The notes under the pieces: generated by a model
What the model was told of the DNA's origin: nothing
What the model saw: the letters and a program-made list of their open reading frames with translations, nothing else
Database searches by the model: none
Program-made: the position numbers and the translations under genes
NCBI GenBank assembly: GCA_009780065.1
Contig: WRAS01000001.1
Span: 34,521 to 98,520, forward strand
Source of the DNA: Bacillota bacterium
GTDB lineage: Bacteria; Bacillota; Clostridia; Christensenellales; UBA1242
DNA: 64,000 bases
Reading direction: 5' to 3'
Shown: positions 28,522 to 38,685 of the stretch, piece after piece
Numbering within the stretch: the stretch's first letter is position 1
How the letters are laid out: every line of letters starts with the position of its first letter

Positions 28522-29493
28522 TTATAATACACCTTCTAGTTGATTGCGCAAATCCTCTTTTGATTTACCAATCTTTTTACCCATTAAGATAACTTTAACT
28601 ATCCTAAGTTCTTCCAATTTTTCAATCAGCCATGAAAACAACATATTCAATGAAAACGAGTCCTCAGAATTTTGTTTTGCCTGGGCTATCAAAAATCTGT
28701 TTGCAACGTTTTCAAAAATTGTTGGATTTTTTTCTTCGGTTGATTTGATAATTGCATTTATAACTTCATCATATTGGACAAGTGAAGATTTAATATCGTG
28801 GTAGTCTTTTGAGATAATTGCATTGAAATGTGATTCATCCAAATGCCCGCCACCTATAATCAATTTATTAAAACTTTGCAATGTATTTTTGCCAATTTTT
28901 ATTAGCGTCCGCATGTTTTGTATATCAATTTCAGATCTAAAGTAGTTAGTAATGTACCGATTATTAATTTTTTCAAGATGCCTAAACATATCAAAATACA
29001 TCGCACGAACCAGTTCTACCTCGACATCCAGTGGCGTAGGGGACAAGTTATCCAAAATTTCCAGTGCTTCTTTCATATGTCTAGTAAAGTCGTCATAATT
29101 TTTTGATTGAATGGATTTGGTCACAGTATTTATCTCGATGCTTCCAAAAGGGTAAAAAGCAGTAGTACTGGGGGTGTTGTCCGTTATGCGCGCGTTATAG
29201 GCAAGGATAGCATTGTGATAATCAAACCGACAAAGGACAAGTTGTAACAAGTTGGGATTTAGACATAATTCGGTAAATTCCCCGATAGTGCGTGTATATT
29301 CTTTTTCAATTATAGCATTTGTGTTTTCCGGTTGATATGTTAGCAAGTTTTCGTCATACCCGCATTCAAAAAGAACTTTGGTGGATTCTATCAATGTTGC
29401 GGCGGCAATCATCCGGCGCATTTGGTCTGTGGAAAGAAGGCGGCTTGAACGAACACTGATAACGGCGTTACTGTATAATATACTCATGCACAC
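28522..29493 (-). CDS. ntpC: V-type ATPase subunit C (d-type)
   Basis: 323 aa, helical. Sits in the operon position between E and F. Confidence 0.8.
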   Translation of the reverse strand: MCMSILYSNAVISVRSSRLLSTDQMRRMIAAATLIESTKVLFECGYDENLLTYQPENTNAIIEKEYTRTIGEFTELCLNPNLLQLVLCRFDYHNAILAYNARITDNTPSTTAFYPFGSIEINTVTKSIQSKNYDDFTRHMKEALEILDNLSPTPLDVEVELVRAMYFDMFRHLEKINNRYITNYFRSEIDIQNMRTLIKIGKNTLQSFNKLIIGGGHLDESHFNAIISKDYHDIKSSLVQYDEVINAIIKSTEEKNPTIFENVANRFLIAQAKQNSEDSFSLNMLFSWLIEKLEELRIVKVILMGKKIGKSKEDLRNQLEGVL

Positions 29494-29508
29494 CTCCTTT
29501 TCAAATTT

Positions 29509-30066
29509 TTAAAACAAAATCTCGGATACATTCAGTTCAATGCACGTACGCAGTTCTGCCAAAATATCATCCAAGGTCAAAGACAGGGTATAGTCTGTAT
29601 TTTCAATTATAATTCCGCCTTGGAATTTGCTGGAAACTTCGCGTTTTAGGTTCTTAATCGCAAATGATGTAAAAAATTTATTATCCAGCTTGCCCTCGTC
29701 ATTTTTCGAGACGATAATTGTGTCTCCACTCTTAGCATGCTTTCTAAGCAGGGCAGAGACGAATTTTTGTGTTTCGGCATTACTTTGTACTAGTAACTTT
29801 TCTTTTGCAGCCATGAAGACATCATTAATAGTACTTTGCATGTTTGTCAGGTTTTCACGATTAGTAATAGTTTTTTGAACAAGTTCACGTTGCTTGACCT
29901 CGTGCTCTTTTCGCTTTTTCGCTTGCTCCATGGCTTTTGACTGGCTTTCTTCCAGTTCTTTCATCGTATTTTTAATTTGAGTTTGGGCAATGCTTTGTGC
30001 ATTTTTTATTTTTTTTGCATGCGCTGCATTTGCATCTTCCAAAATTTTATTTGCAATAAGATTCAT
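29509..30066 (-). CDS. ntpE: V-type ATPase subunit E (peripheral stalk)
   Basis: 185 aa. Long charged N-terminal helix plus a globular C-terminus. Position after K. Confidence 0.75.
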   Translation of the reverse strand: MNLIANKILEDANAAHAKKIKNAQSIAQTQIKNTMKELEESQSKAMEQAKKRKEHEVKQRELVQKTITNRENLTNMQSTINDVFMAAKEKLLVQSNAETQKFVSALLRKHAKSGDTIIVSKNDEGKLDNKFFTSFAIKNLKREVSSKFQGGIIIENTDYTLSLTLDDILAELRTCIELNVSEILF

Positions 30067-30078
30067 ATTTTAACCTCT

Positions 30079-30555
30079 TCAAGTACCGATGTTTAATACA
30101 CCAAGCACAGAAATAATCAAAGCAAACAGTGCAAAAAGTTCAATAAACACCGCCATTGTTAATGCACGTCCGGACAGTTCCATACGCTTTCCAACCATTC
30201 GAACACCTGCGACACAGACCTTGGCTTGCATCAAACATGCAACCAGACCGACCAATGCAATCGGAATACAAATTGCAAGGATTGCAAGACCCTCGACCGC
30301 TGTGTACCCGTCGCCTCCTGCGAGTACCGCATTATTCAAGATAAGAAAACCTACAATCAACCCATAAAGGGCGTTAGACGAAGGCACCAATTGTAGGATA
30401 AGGGTTCGTCCAAACTTGTTTGGTTGTTCTGAAATTATCCCCGCCACCGATTGTTGAACCCAACCTGTTCCTATTGCACTGCCGATCGCGGGTAACGATA
30501 CTGCAAGAGCCGCACCTATCAGTGCAAACACATTTCCCAGTTCACTTACTTCCAT
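30079..30555 (-). CDS. ntpK: V-type ATPase proteolipid subunit K (4 TM, duplicated hairpin)
   Basis: 158 aa, Gly/Ala-rich helices. Position after I. Confidence 0.85.
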   Translation of the reverse strand: MEVSELGNVFALIGAALAVSLPAIGSAIGTGWVQQSVAGIISEQPNKFGRTLILQLVPSSNALYGLIVGFLILNNAVLAGGDGYTAVEGLAILAICIPIALVGLVACLMQAKVCVAGVRMVGKRMELSGRALTMAVFIELFALFALIISVLGVLNIGT

Positions 30556-30607
30556 TTAATTTCCTCCTTTTTATATCGAAACCGAATTTTTCGGGATTTC
30601 GTAATCT

Positions 30608-32632
30608 CTATGACACCGCAATATTTTCGTTTAAAACAATATCATCCAAGGTTGACCTTATTCGCGTATAAACAAGTGCCGAGCCAATCGGCGTGAATAT
30701 CGTGCCCGCACCGCTGTAGAATTTTGAAAAGAACTCTACGAATTGCAGTCGCGCATTGTGAATGTATGCGGATAATAAACAAAGTGCAATGTTGAATGTA
30801 TGAAAAATCATCGCAACCAAAATTCCGATTGCATAACCAATTGGGCTGCCGAACATCATGGCTGCCATGCTGTTCGCCACCATTGCAACCACCGCACCCA
30901 CCAGTCCCAGTGCAAATAAACGGGCGTAACTAAGGACATCGCTGAAATATCCAACGAAACTGTATATCCCGCCAAATCCACCTGCCAGTTTTCCAAAGAT
31001 TCCTTTTTTCTTGCGTCCTGCGGTTAAAAATATTAATCCCGCCATAATGGCAACAGCCCACATCCCATATGTCACCAGGGTAGGAGTATCCAACAACATC
31101 CCCGCAATTACAACGATTATCCCAGCCAAAAACCAAATCTTGAATGCAGCATCAAATAGTGCATCCAATATTTTTCTTTGCGATGCAAGATTATAAAAAT
31201 GTAATGAAAGACCCGCAATAATATGAACAAGTCCAAGACCAAGTGCTAGTCCCAAAAATAACATTGCATCATTAACGGGGTCAATCACAGGGGTAGGCAG
31301 AATAGCAATTTCATTATTACCAAGACCAAAGAACGAACCAAAGAAAATTCCCCATAAAATAGTGGATATTGCCCCCATACAAATAATCATAATAAGATTG
31401 CGGGCACCACCGGATGGTTTAATCTTTAGTATTATAAACAGCGTAACGGCAAACAAAAGTATTCCGTATCCAATATCACCAATCATTAATCCGAAAAAAA
31501 CAAAATAAAAGAACGCAACAAAAGGGTTAGGATCCAGGTCGTTTTTACCTGGTGGACCATACATATTTGTTACTGACTGATATGGCGCGATTAATTTGCT
31601 GTTGACAACCATAGATGGTGGTGCGTCTAGGGTTACTGTTTTACCAAGTTTTGCTTTTGTATTCGGACAAACATGTTTAATTAATTGGAGGAGCTTTTTT
31701 TTTTGACCTTCTGGTATCCAACCATTAAGGACATAATAATCTTTTGTTTTTATGGTCGATGCAATAATAATCTCTGTGTCCAGTTCATTAATAACGAAAT
31801 CGTGATAATGTTTCAATAAACGAATCTGTTCCCCAGACAGCAGCGAATTCACCAAATTATAAACATACTCGCGCTCTAGTTTAGTTATTTCGTTTTCCAG
31901 TATCTTTATTTGTTCTTTTGCGGTTTTGTCAAAATTGAATTCCAATCGTGTGAATTCGTAATTATTGATAATCTCGACAAAAGGGAGGTCATTTTTGTGT
32001 GCAACAATCACGATTGCAATGTTCTCAGAATCCATTGTATCAAATTCGCCCAGAATAATCTTTTCCAGATCAAAATCGCTTTTAAATTTTTCCAATTGAA
32101 GTACTGGAATTAATCCGTACATTGCAATAGAATTTTCAGTTTCACCAAGTTCACTTAAGGGGATATTCAACGATACAAAGTTACTAAGGCTTGTAATCAT
32201 TTCACGGTTCTTTTTGATGGTTGTTGGAATTTCATGATAACGTGTGGACGCACTTTCCAATTTGTCCACGATGACCATTGCTTTATCTTCTTTGTCGGCG
32301 TATTGTTTAAGTTCGTGATATTCAATTGTTTCGACCTTGTTAAAAAGATTTTTATTTGGGATTTTTATATTTGCAAAAGTTTTATCGTCGGGAAAGTTTC
32401 TAACATGGTTTTTCAGTGCACGTTCAACTTCGCCCTCTGATTGTCTTGCAAATTCAATTGCAGCATTAATGCGTGCAAGCGTGGTGGAGTATTCTTCCAC
32501 AATTTCCGAATCTGCAACGCCTTTGTTAAATGATGAAAGTTCAAAGGCACCTGTACTTTTGAGCTCTTCTATGATCTTCCTTAATTCATTTAATGATCCG
32601 CGGAAACTGACCTTTTGCATTCTTTTATTCAT
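30608..32632 (-). CDS. ntpI: V-type ATPase subunit I (a-type stator/channel)
   Basis: Soluble N-terminal half of about 330 aa plus a polytopic C-terminal half. GGAGG Shine-Dalgarno 7 nt before ATG 32632 (MNKRMQKVSF). Confidence 0.85.
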   Translation of the reverse strand: MNKRMQKVSFRGSLNELRKIIEELKSTGAFELSSFNKGVADSEIVEEYSTTLARINAAIEFARQSEGEVERALKNHVRNFPDDKTFANIKIPNKNLFNKVETIEYHELKQYADKEDKAMVIVDKLESASTRYHEIPTTIKKNREMITSLSNFVSLNIPLSELGETENSIAMYGLIPVLQLEKFKSDFDLEKIILGEFDTMDSENIAIVIVAHKNDLPFVEIINNYEFTRLEFNFDKTAKEQIKILENEITKLEREYVYNLVNSLLSGEQIRLLKHYHDFVINELDTEIIIASTIKTKDYYVLNGWIPEGQKKKLLQLIKHVCPNTKAKLGKTVTLDAPPSMVVNSKLIAPYQSVTNMYGPPGKNDLDPNPFVAFFYFVFFGLMIGDIGYGILLFAVTLFIILKIKPSGGARNLIMIICMGAISTILWGIFFGSFFGLGNNEIAILPTPVIDPVNDAMLFLGLALGLGLVHIIAGLSLHFYNLASQRKILDALFDAAFKIWFLAGIIVVIAGMLLDTPTLVTYGMWAVAIMAGLIFLTAGRKKKGIFGKLAGGFGGIYSFVGYFSDVLSYARLFALGLVGAVVAMVANSMAAMMFGSPIGYAIGILVAMIFHTFNIALCLLSAYIHNARLQFVEFFSKFYSGAGTIFTPIGSALVYTRIRSTLDDIVLNENIAVS

Positions 32633-32918
32633 GGACATACCTCCGCGCAAATTCAGAGATTATGTACTGGGTCGCTTCGTCTATTTTTTTCTTTTCGATT
32701 TCTGGTTTTTGTAAAGTAGTGGATTTTGTTTGATTATTGTTGATATTTAAATAAATCGCTTCGTTAATTTTTTGTGCAGATTCCATCTTTAAAGCAGTAA
32801 TTTTTCTGGCGGTCTCCAGTTCAACCTTAGAAACATCAGCGTCACTTTTAGACGCCTTTTTTTGGGCTTCTGTCTCGGCTTGTTTTATCTGTTTAATAAT
32901 TTCCCCAATATCTATCAC
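32625..32918 (-). CDS. ntpF: Small coiled-coil V-ATPase stalk subunit (E. hirae NtpF / G-type), first gene of the operon
   Basis: 97 aa, IKQIKQAETEAQKKASKSDADVSKVELETARK. GTG start 8 nt after the promoter -10. Assignment rests on position and composition. Confidence 0.55.
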   Translation of the reverse strand: MIDIGEIIKQIKQAETEAQKKASKSDADVSKVELETARKITALKMESAQKINEAIYLNINNNQTKSTTLQKPEIEKKKIDEATQYIISEFARRYVHE

Positions 32919-32926
32919 AGTGGTAT

Positions 32927-32956
32927 ATTATATAACGCAACTTAACTTTCATGCAA
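32927..32956 (-). promoter_or_regulatory. ntp operon promoter TTGCAT-18-TATAAT
   Basis: Minus strand: TTGCAT 32956-32951, TATAAT 32932-32927, GTG at 32918. Confidence 0.55.
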
Positions 32957-33018
32957 ACGTTTGGGTGTATAAACATAAGTTTGTAAATCATCATATATCT
33001 ACTGTAAATTAAATAATT

Positions 33019-35637
33019 ATGCATATGAGGCACTATGATGGCTTGCAGGGTTTAACCGGTAACGACGTCGAAAGTTCGCGGCACATTTATGGTGCGAACG
33101 TTTTAGTAAAGAAAAAAAAGAAAGGCTTTCTCCGTTCATTTCTATTTAACTTTTCTGACCCAATGTTAAAGGTATTACTTATCGCACTTGGGATCCAGGT
33201 GGTGTTTGTATTTAACAGCGGGGCGTGGTTGGAGACCTTTGGGATTGCAATGGCAATCTTGGTGGCGGTAACCGTTGCAACCGTATCCGAGTATGGCAGC
33301 GAACGTGCATTCGATAGACTACAAGAACAAGCCAGTGCGATTGAATGCCGCGTACGTCGAAATGGTACGGTAATGACCGTGTCTACCGTCGATTTGGTGG
33401 TGGGAGATATTGTGTTACTTGGTAGCGGTGAAAAGGTCCCCGCCGACGGGGTAATAGTACACGGAGAAATAGAGGTAGACCAATCCCTGTTAAATGGTGA
33501 AAGTAAAGAAGCTAGAAAGGTTGAGGGTCAAATAAACATACAAGGTAGCAAAGTGGATTACTTGGATGCCAGTTCCGTGTTCTCTGGCACAGTTGTTACC
33601 AGTGGTGAAGCAATAATGCAAGTCACCGCAGTGGGTATAAAAACCGAGTATGGAAAGATTGCTGCAGAATTACAGGTCGAGGTTCCAAAAAGTCCATTGA
33701 AAATAAAGTTAGAGGGCCTTGCAAAACTGATAAGTATTATTGGTTACATTGGTGCGGGTTTGGTTGCGGTTTCGTATTTTTTTAATTTGTTGCTGATACA
33801 GAACAATTTTGATATGAATCTGGCACTTGCAAACTTGCAGGATTTTCAATTTATGTTTGAACATACACTGCGTGCGGCGACATTGGTGGTGGCGGTAATC
33901 GTTATGGCGGTGCCAGAGGGGCTGCCGATGATGATTACTGTTGTGTTGTCGTCTAATATGAAACACATGTTAAAGGATAATGTTTTGGTGCGGAAACTGA
34001 ACGGTATCGAAACTGCGGGGTCGATGAATATTTTGTTTACAGATAAGACGGGGACACTTACTAACGGTAAATTAGAGGTCATTGGTATTGTTACTGGAAA
34101 CGGTGAATTTCAAGAGGTATCAAAGTTTGAAAAAAATTGTCCATTGGCATCATTGATTGGGACAGTGCTAAAATATAATACGACCGCACAAATGGGAACC
34201 AAAGGGCGCGCGATAGGTGGTAACAGCACGGATAGAATATTGATGGAGTTCTCGCAAAATTTGAATTGCCCAAGATATCTAAAAACCGTCAGTCAAATAC
34301 CATTCAATTCGGGCAACAAATTTATGTCTACCACAATGGAAGACGGACGTGTTTTGATAAAAGGCGCGCAAGAGGTTTTATTACCAAAACTGGTAAAAAT
34401 GTATGAAAAAGACGGAACAGTGTCCAACTTTGCGCACAAGAGAAAGGTGGAAAAACAAATCCAAATGTTGTCCGCCAAAGCACATAGAATGATAGCAGTC
34501 GCGATAGACGACGTATTTGTGTGTTTGTTGGCAATAAGGGACCAGGTCAGACCAGAGAGTATTACCGCAGTAACCAAATTAAAATCTGCTGGGATTCAAG
34601 TCGTTATGATAACTGGAGACGCACGTCCAACCGCAGAAGCCATAGCACGAGAAACAGGAATATTAAGTAAATCAGATGAAAACGAAATCGTAATCACAAG
34701 TGACGAGTTGGCGGAGATGACGGACAACCAAGTTATAGAAATTCTGCCAGACTTGCGTGTTGTTGCTCGTGCGTTGCCCAGTGATAAAAGTCGCCTTGTC
34801 CGTGTGGCGCAGTCACTTAACCTTGTGGCGGGAATGACGGGAGACGGTGTGAACGATGCGCCGGCATTGAAAAAGGCAGATATTGGTTTCGCAATGGGAA
34901 GCGGTACCGAAGTCGCAAAAGAGGCAGGGGACATAGTAATCTTGGATGATAATATAGATTCAATTGCAAAGGGTGTTTCATACGGTCGAACAATTTTCAA
35001 GTCCATTCGGAAATTTCTTATTTTCAAGTTAACTATTAATTTCTGTGCAATGGCGGTTTCTATTATCGCACCGCTGCTGGGTGTACATATGCCAATCACG
35101 GTAATTCAAATGCTTTGGATAAATCTTGTAATGGATACGTTGGCGGGACTTGCCTATGGTGGAGAAAGACCTAAGGCCGAATACATGACCGAACCGCCAA
35201 AGCGACGTAACGAAAAAATAATTAACCAATATATGTGGGGTCAAATAATAACCGCGAGTATATTCAGTGCCCTTGTATCTATATGGTTTTTATCCAGTGG
35301 CTTCATTAATAACTTGGAACAAGAAAGGGGTCTTGCATATTCCATGACAGCATTCTTTGCATTCTTTATGCTAATGAACATATTCAACAGTTTCAATAGC
35401 CGAACACATGATCTGAATTTATTCTCGCACATACGTCGTAACAAACCATTTATTTGGATTATGGGTGTGGTGACAGTGGTGCAGATAACGATACTGTATG
35501 TGGGCGGTGGTATTTTCCGTACAGTTCCGTTAGATTTCCGACACTTGTTAATTGTTGCTTTGCTGGCTTTTGCAATTATTCCATTTGATATGTTCAGAAA
35601 ATTAATTATTAGTGGCAAGACAACAACCACGACATGA
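33019..35637 (+). CDS. P-type ATPase, type II (Ca2+-transporting, SERCA/PMCA-like)
   Basis: PEGLP, phosphorylation site DKTGTLT (34042-34062), TGDARPTA, GDGVNDAPALKKADIG. About 10 TM helices. Confidence 0.85.
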   Translation: MHMRHYDGLQGLTGNDVESSRHIYGANVLVKKKKKGFLRSFLFNFSDPMLKVLLIALGIQVVFVFNSGAWLETFGIAMAILVAVTVATVSEYGSERAFDRLQEQASAIECRVRRNGTVMTVSTVDLVVGDIVLLGSGEKVPADGVIVHGEIEVDQSLLNGESKEARKVEGQINIQGSKVDYLDASSVFSGTVVTSGEAIMQVTAVGIKTEYGKIAAELQVEVPKSPLKIKLEGLAKLISIIGYIGAGLVAVSYFFNLLLIQNNFDMNLALANLQDFQFMFEHTLRAATLVVAVIVMAVPEGLPMMITVVLSSNMKHMLKDNVLVRKLNGIETAGSMNILFTDKTGTLTNGKLEVIGIVTGNGEFQEVSKFEKNCPLASLIGTVLKYNTTAQMGTKGRAIGGNSTDRILMEFSQNLNCPRYLKTVSQIPFNSGNKFMSTTMEDGRVLIKGAQEVLLPKLVKMYEKDGTVSNFAHKRKVEKQIQMLSAKAHRMIAVAIDDVFVCLLAIRDQVRPESITAVTKLKSAGIQVVMITGDARPTAEAIARETGILSKSDENEIVITSDELAEMTDNQVIEILPDLRVVARALPSDKSRLVRVAQSLNLVAGMTGDGVNDAPALKKADIGFAMGSGTEVAKEAGDIVILDDNIDSIAKGVSYGRTIFKSIRKFLIFKLTINFCAMAVSIIAPLLGVHMPITVIQMLWINLVMDTLAGLAYGGERPKAEYMTEPPKRRNEKIINQYMWGQIITASIFSALVSIWFLSSGFINNLEQERGLAYSMTAFFAFFMLMNIFNSFNSRTHDLNLFSHIRRNKPFIWIMGVVTVVQITILYVGGGIFRTVPLDFRHLLIVALLAFAIIPFDMFRKLIISGKTTTTT

Positions 35638-35657
35638 TATGTGAGTATGCATAGGTA

Positions 35658-35686
35658 TTGATTCAGAAATGCCGTCGTGATATACT
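35658..35686 (+). promoter_or_regulatory. Promoter TTGATT-17-TATACT (TGa-extended) 5 nt before ATG 35692
   Basis: TTGATT 35658-35663, TATACT 35681-35686. Confidence 0.6.
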
Positions 35687-35691
35687 TGTAA

Positions 35692-35928
35692 ATGAAAAGA
35701 AGCAGATTTACTATGCTTTACCCACAAAGTACTTTTGGTAAAGTAACATTGACAGATGGACTTAGTGGTATCGTGCAGTCAAAGGGAAGGAAAATACATA
35801 TAAGCGGTTTGGGGACATATCCAGATATAGAAGATGGCTGTCAAGCCAAAGTAGAATTGAAAAGTAAACTTTGTAATTGTGGGAATAATCAATTTTCAAT
35901 TAAAAGTGTGGAACGTGTGTACTTCTAA
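35692..35928 (+). CDS. Hypothetical protein (78 aa)
   Basis: ATG sits at the leaderless distance from a near-consensus promoter, and a terminator follows. No motif recognised. Confidence 0.5.
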   Translation: MKRSRFTMLYPQSTFGKVTLTDGLSGIVQSKGRKIHISGLGTYPDIEDGCQAKVELKSKLCNCGNNQFSIKSVERVYF

Positions 35929-35930
35929 AG

Positions 35931-35953
35931 AAAAAGCGCCTAGTGCGCTTTTT
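35931..35953. terminator. Bidirectional hairpin terminator between convergent genes
   Basis: AAAAAGCGC-CTAGT-GCGCTTTTT, with an A-tract on the left and a T-tract on the right. Confidence 0.7.
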
Positions 35954-35964
35954 GTTTGCGGTGA

Positions 35965-37872
35965 TTATTCCTGTGGACACGCAAATTCGATTTGTCGTCG
36001 TGTCATATTAACACCCGCAACAATTACGTCCAATTTATCACCCATCTTATATGTGTGTTTTCTTCCTATCATGGTCATTTGCCTTTCGTTAAAAGTATAA
36101 TAGTCATTTGGCATGTTTTCCAAACGAACCAACCCTTCGACGGTGTTTTCTGGTAAATATACAAACACACCAAAGTCCGTGATGCCTGAAATTGTGCCGC
36201 TGAATTTATTACCAATCTTGTCTCGCATATATTCGGCTTTTTTCAGATTGTCTACCTCGCGTTCGACCTCTTTGGCGGCCATTTCACGTGCCGAGGATTG
36301 GCGGCTGGCCTCTTCCACGAAATCATGTAATTCAGTCATTTTGTGTGTAGATATTTTACGATTAATCATCATCTTTATAATACGATGAATGACCAAGTCA
36401 GGGTAGCGTCGAATAGGGGAGGTAAAGTGCGAATAATATTTTGCACCCAAACCAAAGTGCCCGATGCATTTTGGGTCGTACTTTGCTTTTTGCATACTAC
36501 GAAGTGCAAGTTGTGAAATTATTGGTTTTAAATCCTTGTCCAATGAATCCAACATGGATTGGTACGCATGGCCGCTTGGTTTTTCTGGTGTGATTCTGTG
36601 TTCGACCGCGAATGGCATTAATGTTCCCAAAAAGTCTGCAACCTTTTTTGGATCTGGTTTTTCGTGTATTCGGTATATAAACGGCATTTCCAAATCAAAC
36701 ATTTTTTTTGCAACGATCTCGTTACAAAGAATCATAAATGTTTCAATAATGCGATGTGATAACAGATGTGGATACGCAACAACGTCCTTTATTTTGCCTG
36801 TGGTTTCGTCCAAAATGATTTTTGGCTCGGGCACGTCGAATACAACTTCGCCACGCTTTCTGCGTGTCTTTTCTATAATGTTGGTTAATTCTGCCATTTG
36901 TAGCAGGGCAGGCAGGTACTTTTTCTTTAACTGGGTGGTAAGTAAACTGTGATGTGTTTCATCTAGCAATGCCTGAACCTCGTCATATGAAAAGCGTTGA
37001 TTTATGTTGATAACGCTTTCTGCCACCTTGTATGACACCACGTCACCATTTGGATCAATTGTCATAATAACAGACAATGTCAGACGATCCGAGTTTGGAT
37101 TCAAACTACACACATCGTTGGACAAAGCTTTGGGTAGCATAGGTATAACCCGGTCGGGGAAGTAGATGCTAGTCCCCCTGTCAAATGCCTCTTTATCCAA
37201 TAACGAGTTCTCGGCAACATAATGCGAAACATCCGCAATATGTACACCCAACTCCCACATGCCAGATTCCAATTTTTCCAAATGTATTGCATCATCCAAA
37301 TCCTTTGCATCGTGCGGGTCAATTGTTAATACCAATTTCTTTCGTAAATCAAGACGTCGTTCAATTTCTTCTTTACTAGGGCGCATTGCAACCTTTAATG
37401 CTTCTTTTTCGACATCCTTTGGAAATTCTTCGTACAGATTATGTGCACGAATAATGGATGTTATATCACAACCGACCTCGTGCTCGTCACCCAAGACCTC
37501 GACCAATTCCACGCGTCCGCAGTCCAGTAATTTTGTTACGACCTTTTTATTTGAATAGCGACTTAGATCCTTTGCGGTTTCAATATCAAACGAATCCGCC
37601 AATCTGTCATCGTCCGGGATAATGAATGAACCGGTTTTGCTGGTCATCAATGTTCCTACGATGTTTTTTAATCGGCGCTCGATAACCTGCATCACGACAC
37701 CTTCTTTGCGTCGTGCCAATTTCTTTTCCAAAACCCGCACGTCAACCCTGTCTCCGTGAAACGCCCCATTCAGATTCTCACGTGCGACGAAAATATCCTC
37801 GCCGTTTTCCACAATCACAAAGCCAAAGCCCTGCGGTTTTATATGTATAATCCCGTTCACCGTCTTTTTCAT
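35965..37872 (-). CDS. rnr: Ribonuclease R
   Basis: Cold-shock-like GIIHIKPQGFGFV. RNB motifs IDPHDAKDLDDAIH, YFPDRVIPMLP, HFGLGAKYYSHFTSPIRRYPDLVIHR. C-terminal S1 domain FSGTISGITDFGVFVYL. A TGcTAGAAT -10 (37889-37881) lies 8 nt before ATG 37872. Confidence 0.9.
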   Translation of the reverse strand: MKKTVNGIIHIKPQGFGFVIVENGEDIFVARENLNGAFHGDRVDVRVLEKKLARRKEGVVMQVIERRLKNIVGTLMTSKTGSFIIPDDDRLADSFDIETAKDLSRYSNKKVVTKLLDCGRVELVEVLGDEHEVGCDITSIIRAHNLYEEFPKDVEKEALKVAMRPSKEEIERRLDLRKKLVLTIDPHDAKDLDDAIHLEKLESGMWELGVHIADVSHYVAENSLLDKEAFDRGTSIYFPDRVIPMLPKALSNDVCSLNPNSDRLTLSVIMTIDPNGDVVSYKVAESVININQRFSYDEVQALLDETHHSLLTTQLKKKYLPALLQMAELTNIIEKTRRKRGEVVFDVPEPKIILDETTGKIKDVVAYPHLLSHRIIETFMILCNEIVAKKMFDLEMPFIYRIHEKPDPKKVADFLGTLMPFAVEHRITPEKPSGHAYQSMLDSLDKDLKPIISQLALRSMQKAKYDPKCIGHFGLGAKYYSHFTSPIRRYPDLVIHRIIKMMINRKISTHKMTELHDFVEEASRQSSAREMAAKEVEREVDNLKKAEYMRDKIGNKFSGTISGITDFGVFVYLPENTVEGLVRLENMPNDYYTFNERQMTMIGRKHTYKMGDKLDVIVAGVNMTRRQIEFACPQE

Positions 37873-37943
37873 AATACGGCATTCTAGCACATAACAAAAA
37901 AAGATGAAAGTAATTGCGGGTTAAAAATTTTCTTGCAAAAATC

Positions 37944-38579
37944 TTAGTCCAGGCCAAGTTCATTCCTTAAATGTAAGATATAATTGTAATTTGATGTTGC
38001 TTGTTCCTGGGTTATGGTTTGCTGTTCCATGTCAAAGTGAAATTTCTTTGCCAGTTGCCTTAGGCGCTTTTCTTTTTCCAAGTACCCAAGTCCCGCTTTT
38101 TCTCCATTGTCTTGCCATTTTTGTGAAAAGTTTTCGAAACTCATAACACCCATTAAAGGGGTTATGATTTGTTCTGTGTCAATTTCATCTAGTGTCAGTG
38201 ACTTTTTGAAAAGGCCTCCTATAAATTGTTTTAATCCATTTACCGCTACTGTTGACGATGGATTAAGTTTACTCTCTTTGGATGTTATAAAATCCAATGC
38301 AAAATGACTTGGGGAGTCGTAAATTGGGGCAGATTGGAGATCGCTAGCAGAGTCGCGCTTTTTAATATTTGCGTACACGAAAAAAGTGTTGTCACTTACG
38401 TTTGGATATCCCCAATGTTTATATGTACATACAGCAGGATTTGTCGGACAAGGCTTTCCACCACTTGTCATTTGAAAGAACTCGTATTCACCGCCTCTAT
38501 CACTGTTTCCAGTAAAAATTTTTTGGTGTTCACCAGTTTGGATTCTTTCGTCAAAATCTTTTGGGATAATAATTTCCAT
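37944..38579 (-). CDS. Hypothetical protein (211 aa)
   Basis: Clean ORF with no recognisable motif. Divergent from the HEPN-CBS gene. Confidence 0.6.
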   Translation of the reverse strand: MEIIIPKDFDERIQTGEHQKIFTGNSDRGGEYEFFQMTSGGKPCPTNPAVCTYKHWGYPNVSDNTFFVYANIKKRDSASDLQSAPIYDSPSHFALDFITSKESKLNPSSTVAVNGLKQFIGGLFKKSLTLDEIDTEQIITPLMGVMSFENFSQKWQDNGEKAGLGYLEKEKRLRQLAKKFHFDMEQQTITQEQATSNYNYILHLRNELGLD

Positions 38580-38647
38580 AAGTTAAGATAGTTTAAATCA
38601 TTAATTCGTTGAATTCAATAGTCAAAATCTAATAGACTGCTATCTAC

Positions 38648-38677
38648 TTGCCTAACCGCACAAAATTCATGTATAAT
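38648..38677 (+). promoter_or_regulatory. Promoter TTGCCT-18-TATAAT 8 nt before ATG 38686
   Basis: TTGCCT 38648-38653, TATAAT 38672-38677. Confidence 0.5.
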
Positions 38678-38685
38678 GTTTCGAT